A stretch of DNA of 64,000 bases from an uncultured Actinomycetota bacterium. Lineage in GTDB: Bacteria > Actinomycetota > UBA4738 > HRBIN12. Location of the stretch: NCBI GenBank assembly GCA_963762745.1, contig CAVXMB010000002.1, positions 291,043-355,042 on the forward strand, given 5' to 3'. Positions 34,310-43,545 of the stretch are shown here, piece after piece (position 1 is the stretch's first letter; each line of letters opens with the position of its first letter). The notes beneath the pieces were generated by a model that was not told the origin of the DNA, did not search any database, and saw nothing but the letters and a program-made list of their open reading frames with translations. A program made the translations under genes and the position numbers.

Positions 34310-35838
34310 GGCTGCTCCCGGCTCTCTCGGTCGGACACCATACGTGCCGGGGCGGTCCCGGCCGGCCGGTCTGCCTCGCGATCGAGGCGCCATGGGCCGT
34401 CCGGCTCCGGGCGGCTCACGTCCAGTTCCGTGCCGTCGAGGAGCGCCAGGCGGAACGCCAACCTGCGCTCGCCGGCACGCTCCTCCCGCCACGATCGGAT
34501 GACCTCGACGGGCTCCTCGGCGCCGCCCCAGACGATGGCCCGAGGTTCCTCCTCGGCGCGTCCACCCGCGTAGAAGCGGATCGTCAGCTCGGGCTCCTTC
34601 CCGTACCAACGTCCGACGACCGGCGCCCACAGGAGGAACACGATGCCCACCGCGGCGAGTGCGCCGCTGCGGCCGAGCTCCGGGATCATCCAGATCGCGA
34701 GCGCTGCCGCCACGACCCGCGCCATGTTGTAGACGACGTCGTAGACGCTGAACACACGCCCGCGGTACCCGTCGGGGGTCGCTTCCTGCACCATCGTGTC
34801 CACGGAGATCTTCTTCCACGCGAACGTGAGTCCCACCGCGAAGCTCGCGAGCAGGACACTCCAATCGCGGATGAAGAACGAGACGGCGATCAGCACGATC
34901 CCTCCGGCGACGAACGCGCCGGCGACGATCCTCGGCTTCGCGAAGCGCTCCTCCAGCTCGCCCACCGTGAGGATGCCGAGCAGGACGCCCACGCCGCCGG
35001 CACCGATCAGGTTGGAGAAGGACGCCACGCCCTGGCCGAACGCGTGACGGAAGACCACCAGCGACAGCGTGAGCACGATCCCCTGTCCGATCTGATCCAG
35101 GGTGATCGAGGTGATGGGGCCGATGGCGCGCGGGCTCCGGAGGAGCCTCCGCGCGCCGTCGGCGAACTCGACGCCGACCCGCTTGAGCTGGTGCCTGAGC
35201 AGCTCGGGATCCTCGGGTCTCGTGAGTGGCTTGAGCGGGCTCGCGATCCGCGATGCGATCCAGGAGGCGGCGATCCAGCCGACAGCAGCGGCGATCACGA
35301 CGGGGACCTCGGTGCCGGCCGCATCCACCACTCGTCCGCCGACGAATACGCCGGTGAGCAGCGCGACGGTCCCGCCGACCGTGGCGAGCGAGTTCGCCAC
35401 CAGGAGGTCCTCGTGGGGGACCAGTCGCGGCACGACGGCGGCCGCTGTCGCGAGGAAGAACCGGTTCACCGAGAGCACGAGCAGCGCACCGGCGAAGAAC
35501 GGGATCGCCTGCTCGATCGGATCGAAGAGCACCAATCCGACCAGCGCCGCCTTCGCCCACGGGGAGAACAGCAGGATCCGGCGGCGCCGCCACCGGTCGA
35601 TGAACACGCCGGTGAACGGACCGAGGATCGAATAGGGGAGGGCGACGATGAGGGTCGCCTTCAGCAGGCCGACGGCGGTGTTCTGCTGCGAGGGCGAGAA
35701 CACGACCGACGCCACCAGGGCCGACTGGAAGAGCCCGTCGGAGGACTGGCTCACGAGCCGGATGGCGAAGAGCTTGCGGAAGTCGGGGCTCGCAAGAGCC
35801 CCCCGGATGCGTTCGAGTGTGCCCGGCCCGGTTCCCAC
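34306..35838 (-). CDS. MFS transporter with a cytoplasmic C-terminal extension of about 110 aa
   Basis: FRKLFAIRLVSQSSDGLFQ plus 12 TM helices. GTG start. Confidence 0.85.
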   Translation of the reverse strand: MGTGPGTLERIRGALASPDFRKLFAIRLVSQSSDGLFQSALVASVVFSPSQQNTAVGLLKATLIVALPYSILGPFTGVFIDRWRRRRILLFSPWAKAALVGLVLFDPIEQAIPFFAGALLVLSVNRFFLATAAAVVPRLVPHEDLLVANSLATVGGTVALLTGVFVGGRVVDAAGTEVPVVIAAAVGWIAASWIASRIASPLKPLTRPEDPELLRHQLKRVGVEFADGARRLLRSPRAIGPITSITLDQIGQGIVLTLSLVVFRHAFGQGVASFSNLIGAGGVGVLLGILTVGELEERFAKPRIVAGAFVAGGIVLIAVSFFIRDWSVLLASFAVGLTFAWKKISVDTMVQEATPDGYRGRVFSVYDVVYNMARVVAAALAIWMIPELGRSGALAAVGIVFLLWAPVVGRWYGKEPELTIRFYAGGRAEEEPRAIVWGGAEEPVEVIRSWREERAGERRLAFRLALLDGTELDVSRPEPDGPWRLDREADRPAGTAPARMVSDRESREQP

Positions 35839-35880
35839 CGAGCCGTCAGGCTATAGCGGTCGCCTCGGAGAGCTCTGCGG

Positions 35881-37008
35881 TCAGGCCTCGGACGCCTGGA
35901 CGTCGAAGAACCGCGTCCAGTCCTGGTCCTCGGCGTGGCCGTTGCCCAGGATGAAGCTCTCCACCATGTCGTGCGCCGCCGAGTCCGAGAACTGCACCGG
36001 CGGCGACTTCATGAAGTAGGCGCTCGGTCCGATCAGCGGGCCGCCGATCCCACGGTCCTTGGCGAGCTTCGCGCAGCGGACCGCGTCGATCACGACGCCG
36101 GCGGAGTTCGGTGAGTCCCAGACCTCCAGCTTCATCTCGATCGAGATCGGCACGTCGCCGAAGTTGCGGCCTTCGAGGCGGATCATCGCCCACTTGCGGT
36201 CCTCCAGCCACGGGACGTGGTCGGACGGACCGATGTGGATCGAGTCCTTGTCCAGCGGCACGTCGAGCTGCGACTGCACGGACTGCGTCTTCGAGATCTT
36301 CTTCGAGGTCAGCCGGGAACGCTCGAGCATGTTCATGAAGTCCATGTTGCCGCCGAAGTTCAGCTGGTAGGTGCGGTCGAGCTCGGCGCCACGATCCTCG
36401 AAGAGCTTCGCGAGGAGACGGTGCGTGATCGTCGCGCCGACCTGGGACTTGATGTCGTCGCCCACGATCGGCACGCCGGCCTCGCCGAACTTCCGGGCCC
36501 ACACCGGGTCGGAGGCGATGAACGCCGGGAGGCAGTTCACGAAGCCCACGCGCGCGTCGATCGCGCACTGCGCGTAGAAGCGCGCGGCGTCCTCGGACCC
36601 GACGGGAAGGTAGGAGATCATGACGTCGGCGTTCGAGTCCTTCAGGACCTGCACGACGTCGGCTTCGGGCTCGTCGGACTCCGTGATGACCTCGCGGTAG
36701 AAGGCGCCGAGACCGTCGAGCGTGCGTCCGCGGCTGACCGTGACGCCCAGCGGCGGGACGTCGGAGAACTTGATGGTGTTGTTCGGCTCGGTGAAGATCG
36801 CGTCGGCGACGTCGGTGCCGACCTTCTTCCCGTCGACATCGAACGCGGCCACGACCTCGATGTCGCGGACGTGGTACCCGCCCAGCTCGACGTGCATCAG
36901 ACCGGGGACCTTCTCCGTCGGGTCGGCGTCCTTGTAGTACTCCAAGCCCTGGACGAGCGAGGAGGCGCAGTTGCCGACGCCGACGATCGCGATACGGACC
37001 TTGTTCAC
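35881..37008 (-). CDS. ino1: myo-Inositol-1-phosphate synthase
   Basis: [18 protein letters not shown] and a full-length resemblance to actinobacterial Ino1 (Rv0046c). GTG start in a GTGA overlap with padR. Confidence 0.95.
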   Translation of the reverse strand: MNKVRIAIVGVGNCASSLVQGLEYYKDADPTEKVPGLMHVELGGYHVRDIEVVAAFDVDGKKVGTDVADAIFTEPNNTIKFSDVPPLGVTVSRGRTLDGLGAFYREVITESDEPEADVVQVLKDSNADVMISYLPVGSEDAARFYAQCAIDARVGFVNCLPAFIASDPVWARKFGEAGVPIVGDDIKSQVGATITHRLLAKLFEDRGAELDRTYQLNFGGNMDFMNMLERSRLTSKKISKTQSVQSQLDVPLDKDSIHIGPSDHVPWLEDRKWAMIRLEGRNFGDVPISIEMKLEVWDSPNSAGVVIDAVRCAKLAKDRGIGGPLIGPSAYFMKSPPVQFSDSAAHDMVESFILGNGHAEDQDWTRFFDVQASEA

Positions 37009-37694
37009 GAGATGTGCTCCCTTCCGTGGGCTACCGCTTCGCTACTTGAGCCCGCTGTTCCACGGGCTACCGCTTCGCTACTTGAGCCCGCTGTTCCACG
37101 GGCTATCGCTTCGCTACTTGAGCCCGCCCGTGCACGAAGCGCCGCGCGGCGACGCTTCAGTCCCCCGGTCGGGACGCTCTTGGTGCGCTCGGCGGCGATG
37201 AGCTGCTCGAGCCACGTGATGTCGGATTCGGTCACGCTGCGGTTGTGCTCGATCAGCGCGCGACCGTAGTCGTCGGTGCTCCCGCGGCCGGTGCGCAGGG
37301 ATTCCGCGATCGTCGCGAGCCGGTTCTGCAGCGCCTGGCGGCGTCGTTCCAGCAGGCGGATCCGCGTCTCAGGCGGCAGGTAGCGGAAGAACGCCAGGCG
37401 CATCCGGAAACGGGCGTCCTCGCCCTGGGTGTCGTTGGGTGATTCCTGGAGGAGCTCGAGGAAGATCTGCTCCCCCTTCGGCGTGATCCGATAGACCTTC
37501 TTCCTGCGGGCGCCGCGCTCGTCACCGGCCTCGGATTCGATCGCACCGTCCTGTTCCAGGCGGCGCAGGGTCGGGTACAGCGAGCCGTACGAGACGCGCC
37601 AGAGGCCGCCCAGTGAGTCGCCCAGCTCCCGTGAGAGTTGATAGCCGTGGATGGGCCGCTCCTTGAGGAGGCCCAGGACCGCGAGTTCGAGCAT
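37005..37694 (-). CDS. PadR-family transcriptional regulator (Rv0047c-like) with a repeat-containing C-terminal tail
   Basis: [21 protein letters not shown]...[16 protein letters not shown] winged helix. Conserved pairing with ino1. Confidence 0.9.
   Translation of the reverse strand: MLELAVLGLLKERPIHGYQLSRELGDSLGGLWRVSYGSLYPTLRRLEQDGAIESEAGDERGARRKKVYRITPKGEQIFLELLQESPNDTQGEDARFRMRLAFFRYLPPETRIRLLERRRQALQNRLATIAESLRTGRGSTDDYGRALIEHNRSVTESDITWLEQLIAAERTKSVPTGGLKRRRAALRARAGSSSEAIARGTAGSSSEAVARGTAGSSSEAVAHGREHIS
37028..37135. repeat. 36-bp tandem repeat x3 (in frame, 12 aa each) at the 3' end of padR
   Basis: gggctaccgcttcgctacttgagcccgctgttccac at 37028-37063 and 37064-37099 (identical), plus 37100-37135 (4 mismatches). 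Confidence 0.92.
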
Positions 37695-37727
37695 GTTCGG
37701 GTGTTCCTTTCGAAGGATCCGTAGCGA

Positions 37728-37765
37728 GTCGATATATCGACCCGGTATATCGGTTCGATATATAG
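37728..37765. promoter_or_regulatory. AT-rich triple repeat / palindromic operator candidate upstream of padR-ino1
   Basis: GTCGATATATCGAC (perfect 14-bp palindrome, 37728-37741), CCGGTATATCGG (37742-37753) and TTCGATATATAG (37754-37765), 34-70 nt upstream of the padR ATG. Confidence 0.45.
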
Positions 37766-37783
37766 CCTACGAGGAGCGGAGCG

Positions 37784-39001
37784 TCAACCTCGAGGCGGCT
37801 CAGGTAGGGCGGGAGCGGGGTAGCGTTCGCCGGCGAGGGCCAGCGCGGCACCGAGCAGACCCAATGCCGCGCAGACGATCCAGAGCCCTCGTGGCGCCCA
37901 CCCGTAGATCGCGGTACCCCCGATGGGCCCGATCGTGAAGGCCAGCGAGTAGGTGAGGCCGAGGCTGCTCTGGTAGCGCCCTCGGAGGTGCGCCGGCGCT
38001 CGGTCGGCGATGAACGCAGCCGTGCTCGGGGACCCGAACATCTCGCCGAAGGTCCATACGACAACCGCGCCCGCCATCCCGATCTGCGTGAGGAAGATGC
38101 CGAACGCTCCGAACCCGAGGCCCGTCAGAAGGATCCCGAGGGCGATCATCCGGACCCGGGGATATCGCATCGCGATCGCGGTGACGCCGAGCTCGAAGAT
38201 GGCGACGAGCAAACCGTTCCCGCCCTGCAGGAAGCCGTAGACACGCTCGGGGTAGCCCAGGTCGCGCACCCAGAGCGGGAAGGTGGAGTACCCCTGCGCG
38301 TAGACGAGCCCCCCGGCGAGGATCGCCCCGAGGACGAGCAGGAACCCCTTGTCGGCCAAGATCGCAGCCCGCGCGCTCCCGATCTCACGGTCCTGCGCTT
38401 TCGTGCTGCGGGTGCCGTGGGGGAGCGCGACGAGCGAGATCACGCCGAAGATCACCGAGGTGGCGGCGTCGGCGATGAACAGCTCCCGGAAGTGCTCTTC
38501 CGCGAGGACGCCCCCGAGCGCGAGGCCGATCGCGAACGAGAGGTTGAACAGCAGCCGGTTGAACGCGTACGCGGCCACGCGGTGCTCCGGAGGGATCAGG
38601 TCCGCGATGAGCGCACCCGAGGCGGGACGATGGAGCTCCGCGAAGAAGGCATAGACGATCACGACGCTCAGCACGGCGGGGAGCGAGCGCGCCTGGAGCA
38701 GGAGCAACACCAGCGCGGCGGACGTGATCATCGAGATCGCGATCGCGTTCCGGCGCCCGATCCGGTCGGTCAGCAGACCGCCCGAGAACTGCGCGAGCAT
38801 CGCTCCGACGCCGTAGCCGGTGATCGCCAGCCCGGCCTCGGTCACCGAGAGGCCGTTCCGCGTGAGATACAGCGCGAGGAACGGGAAGACGAAGCTCCCG
38901 AGACGGAGCACGAACGTGCCCGCGAACAGGACCCACGCCGTGCGTGGCATCGCACGGAAGCTGTCGCGGAGCCGTGGACCTCGCTCGACGGGTGAGCTCA
39001 C
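37784..39001 (-). CDS. MFS transporter
   Basis: 12 TM helices and the GLLTDRIGRRNAI motif. GTG start in a GTGA overlap with the upstream gene. Confidence 0.85.
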   Translation of the reverse strand: MSSPVERGPRLRDSFRAMPRTAWVLFAGTFVLRLGSFVFPFLALYLTRNGLSVTEAGLAITGYGVGAMLAQFSGGLLTDRIGRRNAIAISMITSAALVLLLLQARSLPAVLSVVIVYAFFAELHRPASGALIADLIPPEHRVAAYAFNRLLFNLSFAIGLALGGVLAEEHFRELFIADAATSVIFGVISLVALPHGTRSTKAQDREIGSARAAILADKGFLLVLGAILAGGLVYAQGYSTFPLWVRDLGYPERVYGFLQGGNGLLVAIFELGVTAIAMRYPRVRMIALGILLTGLGFGAFGIFLTQIGMAGAVVVWTFGEMFGSPSTAAFIADRAPAHLRGRYQSSLGLTYSLAFTIGPIGGTAIYGWAPRGLWIVCAALGLLGAALALAGERYPAPALPEPPRG

Positions 39002-39657
39002 TGCCCGCCGGGTCGGTGGTACCCGGTGACGGAGGGAGGGACTTCCAGGCCTTCGCCGAGCTGAGGATCGGGTTCGGGCTCGCCGGGTCGCGTGTGGAGC
39101 GGCAGCACGCCGGCCCAGATCGGGAGTTCCATGTCCTCGGCGTCGTCCTTCGGAGGGCCCGTGCGGACCTTGGCGGAGGCTTCCTCCAGCGGCACGGCCA
39201 GGAGGAGGGTCTGCTTGTACTCCGCAGGTGTGGGCATCCTGGCCTCATCCTCCCGGCCGGGGGCGACATGCGACGTGATCGCGGCCGCAGCCGTGTGGAG
39301 CTCGTCTTCGTCGGTGACCTCGCGGGCGGTCCCGAAGACCACGACGGACCGATAGTTCATCGAATGGTTGAAGGCGCTCCGCGCCATCACCAGCCCGTCG
39401 ACGATGGTGGCCACGATGCACACCTCGGCGCCGGCGCGGAGCGCCTTCCACGCGCGGGCTGCCTTCGAGCCGTGGAGGTAGATGGTGTCGCCGACGCGTG
39501 CGTGGATCGTCGGGAGGCATCGAGGGGCGCCCTCGGTGTCGTTGAAGGCGACGTGGCAGATCAGGGCTTCGTCGAGGATGGCGTCGATCGTGGCGCGGTC
39601 GTAGTCGCCGCGCTCGGGGTGTCGGTGGACCTGCGTGCGCTTGGTCGGTGCAGACAT
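38998..39657 (-). CDS. Pyridoxamine 5'-phosphate oxidase-family flavin-binding protein
   Basis: HPERGDYDRATIDAILDEALICHVAF...IYLHGS...SAFNHSMNYRSVVVFG pattern. ATG 39657. Confidence 0.75.
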   Translation of the reverse strand: MSAPTKRTQVHRHPERGDYDRATIDAILDEALICHVAFNDTEGAPRCLPTIHARVGDTIYLHGSKAARAWKALRAGAEVCIVATIVDGLVMARSAFNHSMNYRSVVVFGTAREVTDEDELHTAAAAITSHVAPGREDEARMPTPAEYKQTLLLAVPLEEASAKVRTGPPKDDAEDMELPIWAGVLPLHTRPGEPEPDPQLGEGLEVPPSVTGYHRPGGQ

Positions 39658-39964
39658 GCGGGAGAGCATCCCACAGGAGTTCGGATCCTCCGGTTGCATA
39701 CCGGAATCGTGATGCCATGTGCTTCGTTGGACGCGCCCACCCGGGGCCATAAGGCGGCTGGCATGGGCCGTTGCGAGGTGGATCGCCGAGTCACTGGGGA
39801 AACCGATCGAGGCATGGCGCTGGATCTGGAGGGAGCTCAACAGCTCGCCATCTCGATCCAGGTATGGGTGACGGAGGACGGCGGCTGGTTCGTCACAGAT
39901 GCCGACTGGGCCGGGTGCGAGCGCCGGGCGACCACGTCGCGGACTAGAATCCGCGGCACATAGG

Positions 39965-40200
39965 TTCACGTGCCCGAGCGGCCGCTTCGGCGGCCGGACG
40001 GCTCGGCGGGCGTATCCCGTTCGAGCTCGAAGAGGGAAGCCGGTGGGAATCCGGCACGGTCGCGCCACTGTGACCGGGGAGCGAACCCGACACGAACCAC
40101 TGGGCGTCTAGGGCCCGGGAAGGGTCGGGGGAGCGAGGATCCGGAAGTCAGGAGACCTGCCCGAGCGCGAGAGGACCGTCGCCTTCGCGTGAAGGGAGAC
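39965..40200 (+). promoter_or_regulatory. Cobalamin (B12) riboswitch
   Basis: Core AGAGGGAAGCCGGTGGGAATCCGGCACGGTCGCGCCACTGTGACCGGGGAGC (about 40030-40082) and B12 box AAGTCAGGAGACCTGCC (40145-40161), directly upstream of the btuF-like ATG 40206. Confidence 0.88.
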
Positions 40201-40205
40201 GCGCC

Positions 40206-41153
40206 ATGATCCACCGTCGCATCGGCGGCATCGCCGCCGTCCTGTTACTCCTCTTCGCTTCCTGCGGTGAGTCCACCACGCCTCAAGCGGAGCCGACCGA
40301 CTCACCGTCGCCGATCTCGGCGTTCCCGGTCACGATCCAGGCCGCGAACGGCGACGTGACGATCGCCGAGCGCCCGGAGCGGATCGTGTCGCTCTCGCCC
40401 ACGGCGACCGAGATGCTCTTCGCGGTCGGGGCCGGCGAGCAGGTCGAGGCGGTCGACGACCAGTCGAACTACCCGGCCGAGGCACCGGTGACGGATCTCT
40501 CCGGGTTCGAGCCGAACGTGGAAGCGATCGCGTCCTACGAACCCGACCTCGTCGTCTACTCCACCGAGCCCGGCAACCTGGGTGAATCGCTCGAGGGGCT
40601 CGGTATCCCGGCCCTTTGGCAGGACGCGGCAGCCACGCTCGACGCTGTCTACGAACAGATCGACCAGCTCGGTGTCGCGACGGGGAACGTTTCCGAGGCG
40701 GAGGCAGTGGTCGAGACGATGCGCGGGGAGATCGAGGCGATCGTCGGCTCGATCGACACGCCCGACCCGCCGCTGACCTTCTTCCACGAGCTCGACGACA
40801 CCTACTACTCGGTCACGTCGTCCACGTTCATCGGGCAGCTCTATTCACTGGTGGGCCTCGAGAACATCGCGGACGAGGCGAAGGGTGCCGGCGGCGGCTA
40901 TCCACAGCTCTCGGCCGAGTACATCGTGGACGCAGATCCGGATCTGATCTTCCTCGCCGACACGAAGTGCTGCGGCCAGTCGCCTCGAACCGTGGCGAAG
41001 CGTCCGGGGTGGGATCGCATCGCGGCAGTGGAGAACGGGGGAGTGATCTCCCTAGATGACGACGTCGCGTCGAGGTGGGGACCCCGGGTCGTGGACTATC
41101 TCCGCCGGATCGCGGACGCGGTCGCGGACGTCATGGAGGCGAAGGCGGCGTGA
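40206..41153 (+). CDS. ABC transporter substrate-binding lipoprotein, BtuF/FecB type (cobalamin/siderophore class)
   Basis: Lipobox LLLLFASCG. PBP type 2 pattern (IVSLSPTATEMLFAVGAG, DLIFLAD). Confidence 0.85.
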   Translation: MIHRRIGGIAAVLLLLFASCGESTTPQAEPTDSPSPISAFPVTIQAANGDVTIAERPERIVSLSPTATEMLFAVGAGEQVEAVDDQSNYPAEAPVTDLSGFEPNVEAIASYEPDLVVYSTEPGNLGESLEGLGIPALWQDAAATLDAVYEQIDQLGVATGNVSEAEAVVETMRGEIEAIVGSIDTPDPPLTFFHELDDTYYSVTSSTFIGQLYSLVGLENIADEAKGAGGGYPQLSAEYIVDADPDLIFLADTKCCGQSPRTVAKRPGWDRIAAVENGGVISLDDDVASRWGPRVVDYLRRIADAVADVMEAKAA

Positions 41154-42163
41154 GCCGGCGGACGCGGGCGATCGCGATCGGCGTGGCGGTGCTCGTCGCG
41201 TCCGTCGTGGCCGGCTTGCTCGTGGGACCGGTGCACATCGCCCCCGGAGCCGCGCTCCGGTGGCTGATCTCCTTCGGAGATCAGCCACCGGGGATGTCCG
41301 AGCAGCAGGCGGCGATCCTCGCGAACCTGCGCTTGCCCCGCGTGATCGTCGCGGGGCTCGTCGGGGCGTCGCTCTCGGCATCGGGCGCCGCGTATCAAGC
41401 GGTGTTCCGGAATCCGCTCGCCGACCCCTATCTCCTCGGCGCCGCCGCGGGCGCCGGGCTGGGGGCGACGATCGCGGTGGTGTTCGGACCGTCGGCCGCG
41501 TTCGCGGTGACGGTCCCGCTCGCGGCCTTCATCGGCGCGATCGCCGGCGTCGGGATGGCGTACGGCCTCGGCCGCTCGAGCCTCAGCGGGCGGTCGGCGA
41601 CGAGCTTGATCCTCGGAGGGATCGCCGTCGCGTCCTTCCTCACGGCCGTGCAGACCTTCATCCAGCAGCAGAACGCCGAGACGCTCCGTCAGGTGTACTC
41701 CTGGATCCTCGGCCGGCTCGGAACCACGGGATGGGACGACGCCCGTGTCGCGTTGCCATCGGTGGTCATCGCGGTGACGACCCTGTGGCTGGTCCGTCGG
41801 CTCCTCGACGTGATCGAGGTGGGGGATCTCGAGGCCGAGAGCCTCGGACTGAACGTGGGTCGCCTCCGGTTGGTCGTCGTCGTGGCAGCCTCGCTCGCGA
41901 CGGCAGCCGCCGTCTCGGTGGCGGGGTTGATCGGCTTCGTCGGCATCATCGTCCCGCACACCGTCCGGCTGCTGGCCGGGAGTTCGTATCGGCAGGTCCT
42001 GCCGCTCTCCGTGCTGTTCGGCGCCGCGTTCCTGATCTTGGTCGACGTGGTGGCTCGCACCGCCGTTGCGCCCGCGGAGATCCCGATCGGCGTCATCACC
42101 GCGTTCGTCGGCGCACCATTCTTCGTCCTCGCGCTCCGGCGCAGCGGAAGGAGAGCGGCGTGA
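41150..42163 (+). CDS. FecCD/BtuC-family ABC permease
   Basis: LRLPRVIVAGLVGASLSASGAAYQAVFRNPLADPYLLG signature. GTGA overlap start. Confidence 0.9.
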   Translation: MSRRTRAIAIGVAVLVASVVAGLLVGPVHIAPGAALRWLISFGDQPPGMSEQQAAILANLRLPRVIVAGLVGASLSASGAAYQAVFRNPLADPYLLGAAAGAGLGATIAVVFGPSAAFAVTVPLAAFIGAIAGVGMAYGLGRSSLSGRSATSLILGGIAVASFLTAVQTFIQQQNAETLRQVYSWILGRLGTTGWDDARVALPSVVIAVTTLWLVRRLLDVIEVGDLEAESLGLNVGRLRLVVVVAASLATAAAVSVAGLIGFVGIIVPHTVRLLAGSSYRQVLPLSVLFGAAFLILVDVVARTAVAPAEIPIGVITAFVGAPFFVLALRRSGRRAA

Positions 42164-42975
42164 CCGCCCTCCCCGATCGCAACGGCCATGCCGTCGCCCT
42201 CGACGTCGAGGGGCTCGGTGTGCGCCTGGGCGGTCAGGAGATCCTGCGCGACGTCACGTTCGATGTCACGGCGGGATCGTGGGTGTGCGCGATCGGCCCG
42301 AACGGCGCCGGCAAGACGACGCTCCTTCATGCCGTGGCGGGCCTCGTGCCCTTCGAAGGTCGCGTCGGCCTCTGGGGCCGGGAGCTCGGTGGGTACCCGC
42401 GGCGCGAGCGAGCGCGCCTCGTCGCACTCGTACCGCAGCAGCCGGTGATCCCCGAGGGAGTGACGGTCCGGGACTACGTGCTCCTCGGTCGCACACCACA
42501 CCTCGGCGTGCTCGGGACCGAGCGGCGGTCGGATCTCGTGGCCGTGGAGCAGGCGCTGGATCGACTCGAGCTCGTTTGGGCCGCGGAACGGCGGCTGGAC
42601 ACGCTCTCGGGAGGAGAGCTGCAGCGGGTCGTCCTCGCCCGCGCGCTCGCGCAAGAAGCGCCGCTGCTCCTCCTCGACGAACCGACGACCGGTCTGGATC
42701 TGGGCCACCAGGTCCGCGTCCTCGAGCTCGTGGACGAGCTCCGCCGCGAGCACGGCCTGACGGTTCTGTCGACGATGCACGACCTCACGCTCGCGGGCCG
42801 GTTCGCGGATCGCTTCGCGTTGTTGTCGCAGGGGCGGCTCGTGTCGAAGGGATCTCGAACCGAGGTGCTCGACGCCGCGGTGATCCTGGAGCACTTCGGC
42901 GCGAGCGTCCGGGTGATCGGCGACGGTGACATCGGCTGGGCGGTCGTGCCCATCGCCGAGCGGGGTGAGTCGTGA
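42160..42975 (+). CDS. ABC transporter ATP-binding protein (BtuD/FecE-like)
   Basis: Walker A GPNGAGKTT, LSGGELQRV and LLLLDEPT. GTGA overlap start. Confidence 0.9.
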   Translation: MTALPDRNGHAVALDVEGLGVRLGGQEILRDVTFDVTAGSWVCAIGPNGAGKTTLLHAVAGLVPFEGRVGLWGRELGGYPRRERARLVALVPQQPVIPEGVTVRDYVLLGRTPHLGVLGTERRSDLVAVEQALDRLELVWAAERRLDTLSGGELQRVVLARALAQEAPLLLLDEPTTGLDLGHQVRVLELVDELRREHGLTVLSTMHDLTLAGRFADRFALLSQGRLVSKGSRTEVLDAAVILEHFGASVRVIGDGDIGWAVVPIAERGES

Positions 42976-43545
42976 CCGACAGGCCCGACGAGCCGCCCAC
43001 CGCACGGCCCGCGCGGGCTCCGGAGCGAGTTCCGTCGCGCGTGCTCGTGCATACCGGAGACGGCAAGGGGAAAACGTCGGCGGCGATGGGCGTCGTGATG
43101 CGCGCGGTCGCCCGCGGATGGCGAGTGTCGGTCGTGCAGTTCGTGAAAGACGGCCGGTGGAAGACGGGCGAGGAAGCGTCGGCCCGCGAGCTCGGTGCCG
43201 ACTGGTGGTCGATCGGCGACGGGTTCACGTGGGATTCGACCGACATGGATCGGACGGAGGCGATCGCGCGCGAGGCATGGGCTGCGGCACGGGGCCTGAT
43301 CCAGGCGGGCGAGCACGAGCTCGTCGTCCTGGACGAGATCACGTACCCGATGAATTGGGGATGGATCGACGCGGGCGACGTGACCGAGACGATCCGGGAC
43401 CGGCCGTCGCACGTGAACGTGGTCGCCACCGGACGCGATGCGCCGGAAGCGCTCTGCGGGGTGGCCGACACCGTGACGGAGATGGCGAGCGTGAAGCACG
43501 CGTTCGACACGGGGGTCGGCTGCGATGCGCGGGATCGAGTTCTGA
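42972..43545 (+). CDS. cobO: Cob(I)yrinic acid a,c-diamide adenosyltransferase CobO/BtuR (needs a -1 correction in the G5 run 43511-43515 to reach its native stop)
   Basis: HTGDGKGKTSAAMG P-loop and VVLDEITY. As sequenced the ORF reads through into cobU. Skipping one G restores VKHAFDTGSAAMRGIEF-stop (TGA 43543-43545). Confidence 0.8.

Noticed and set aside
37028-37135. Tandem 36-bp repeats considered as a possible mini-CRISPR array.
   Set aside because: The units are directly adjacent with no spacers, stay in frame within padR, and there are no cas genes anywhere in the window.
39963-39975. GGTTCACGTGCCC looked like a second parS half-site.
   Set aside because: Only one arm matches the parS consensus and the other half is unrelated. 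It lies at the 5' edge of the B12 riboswitch.
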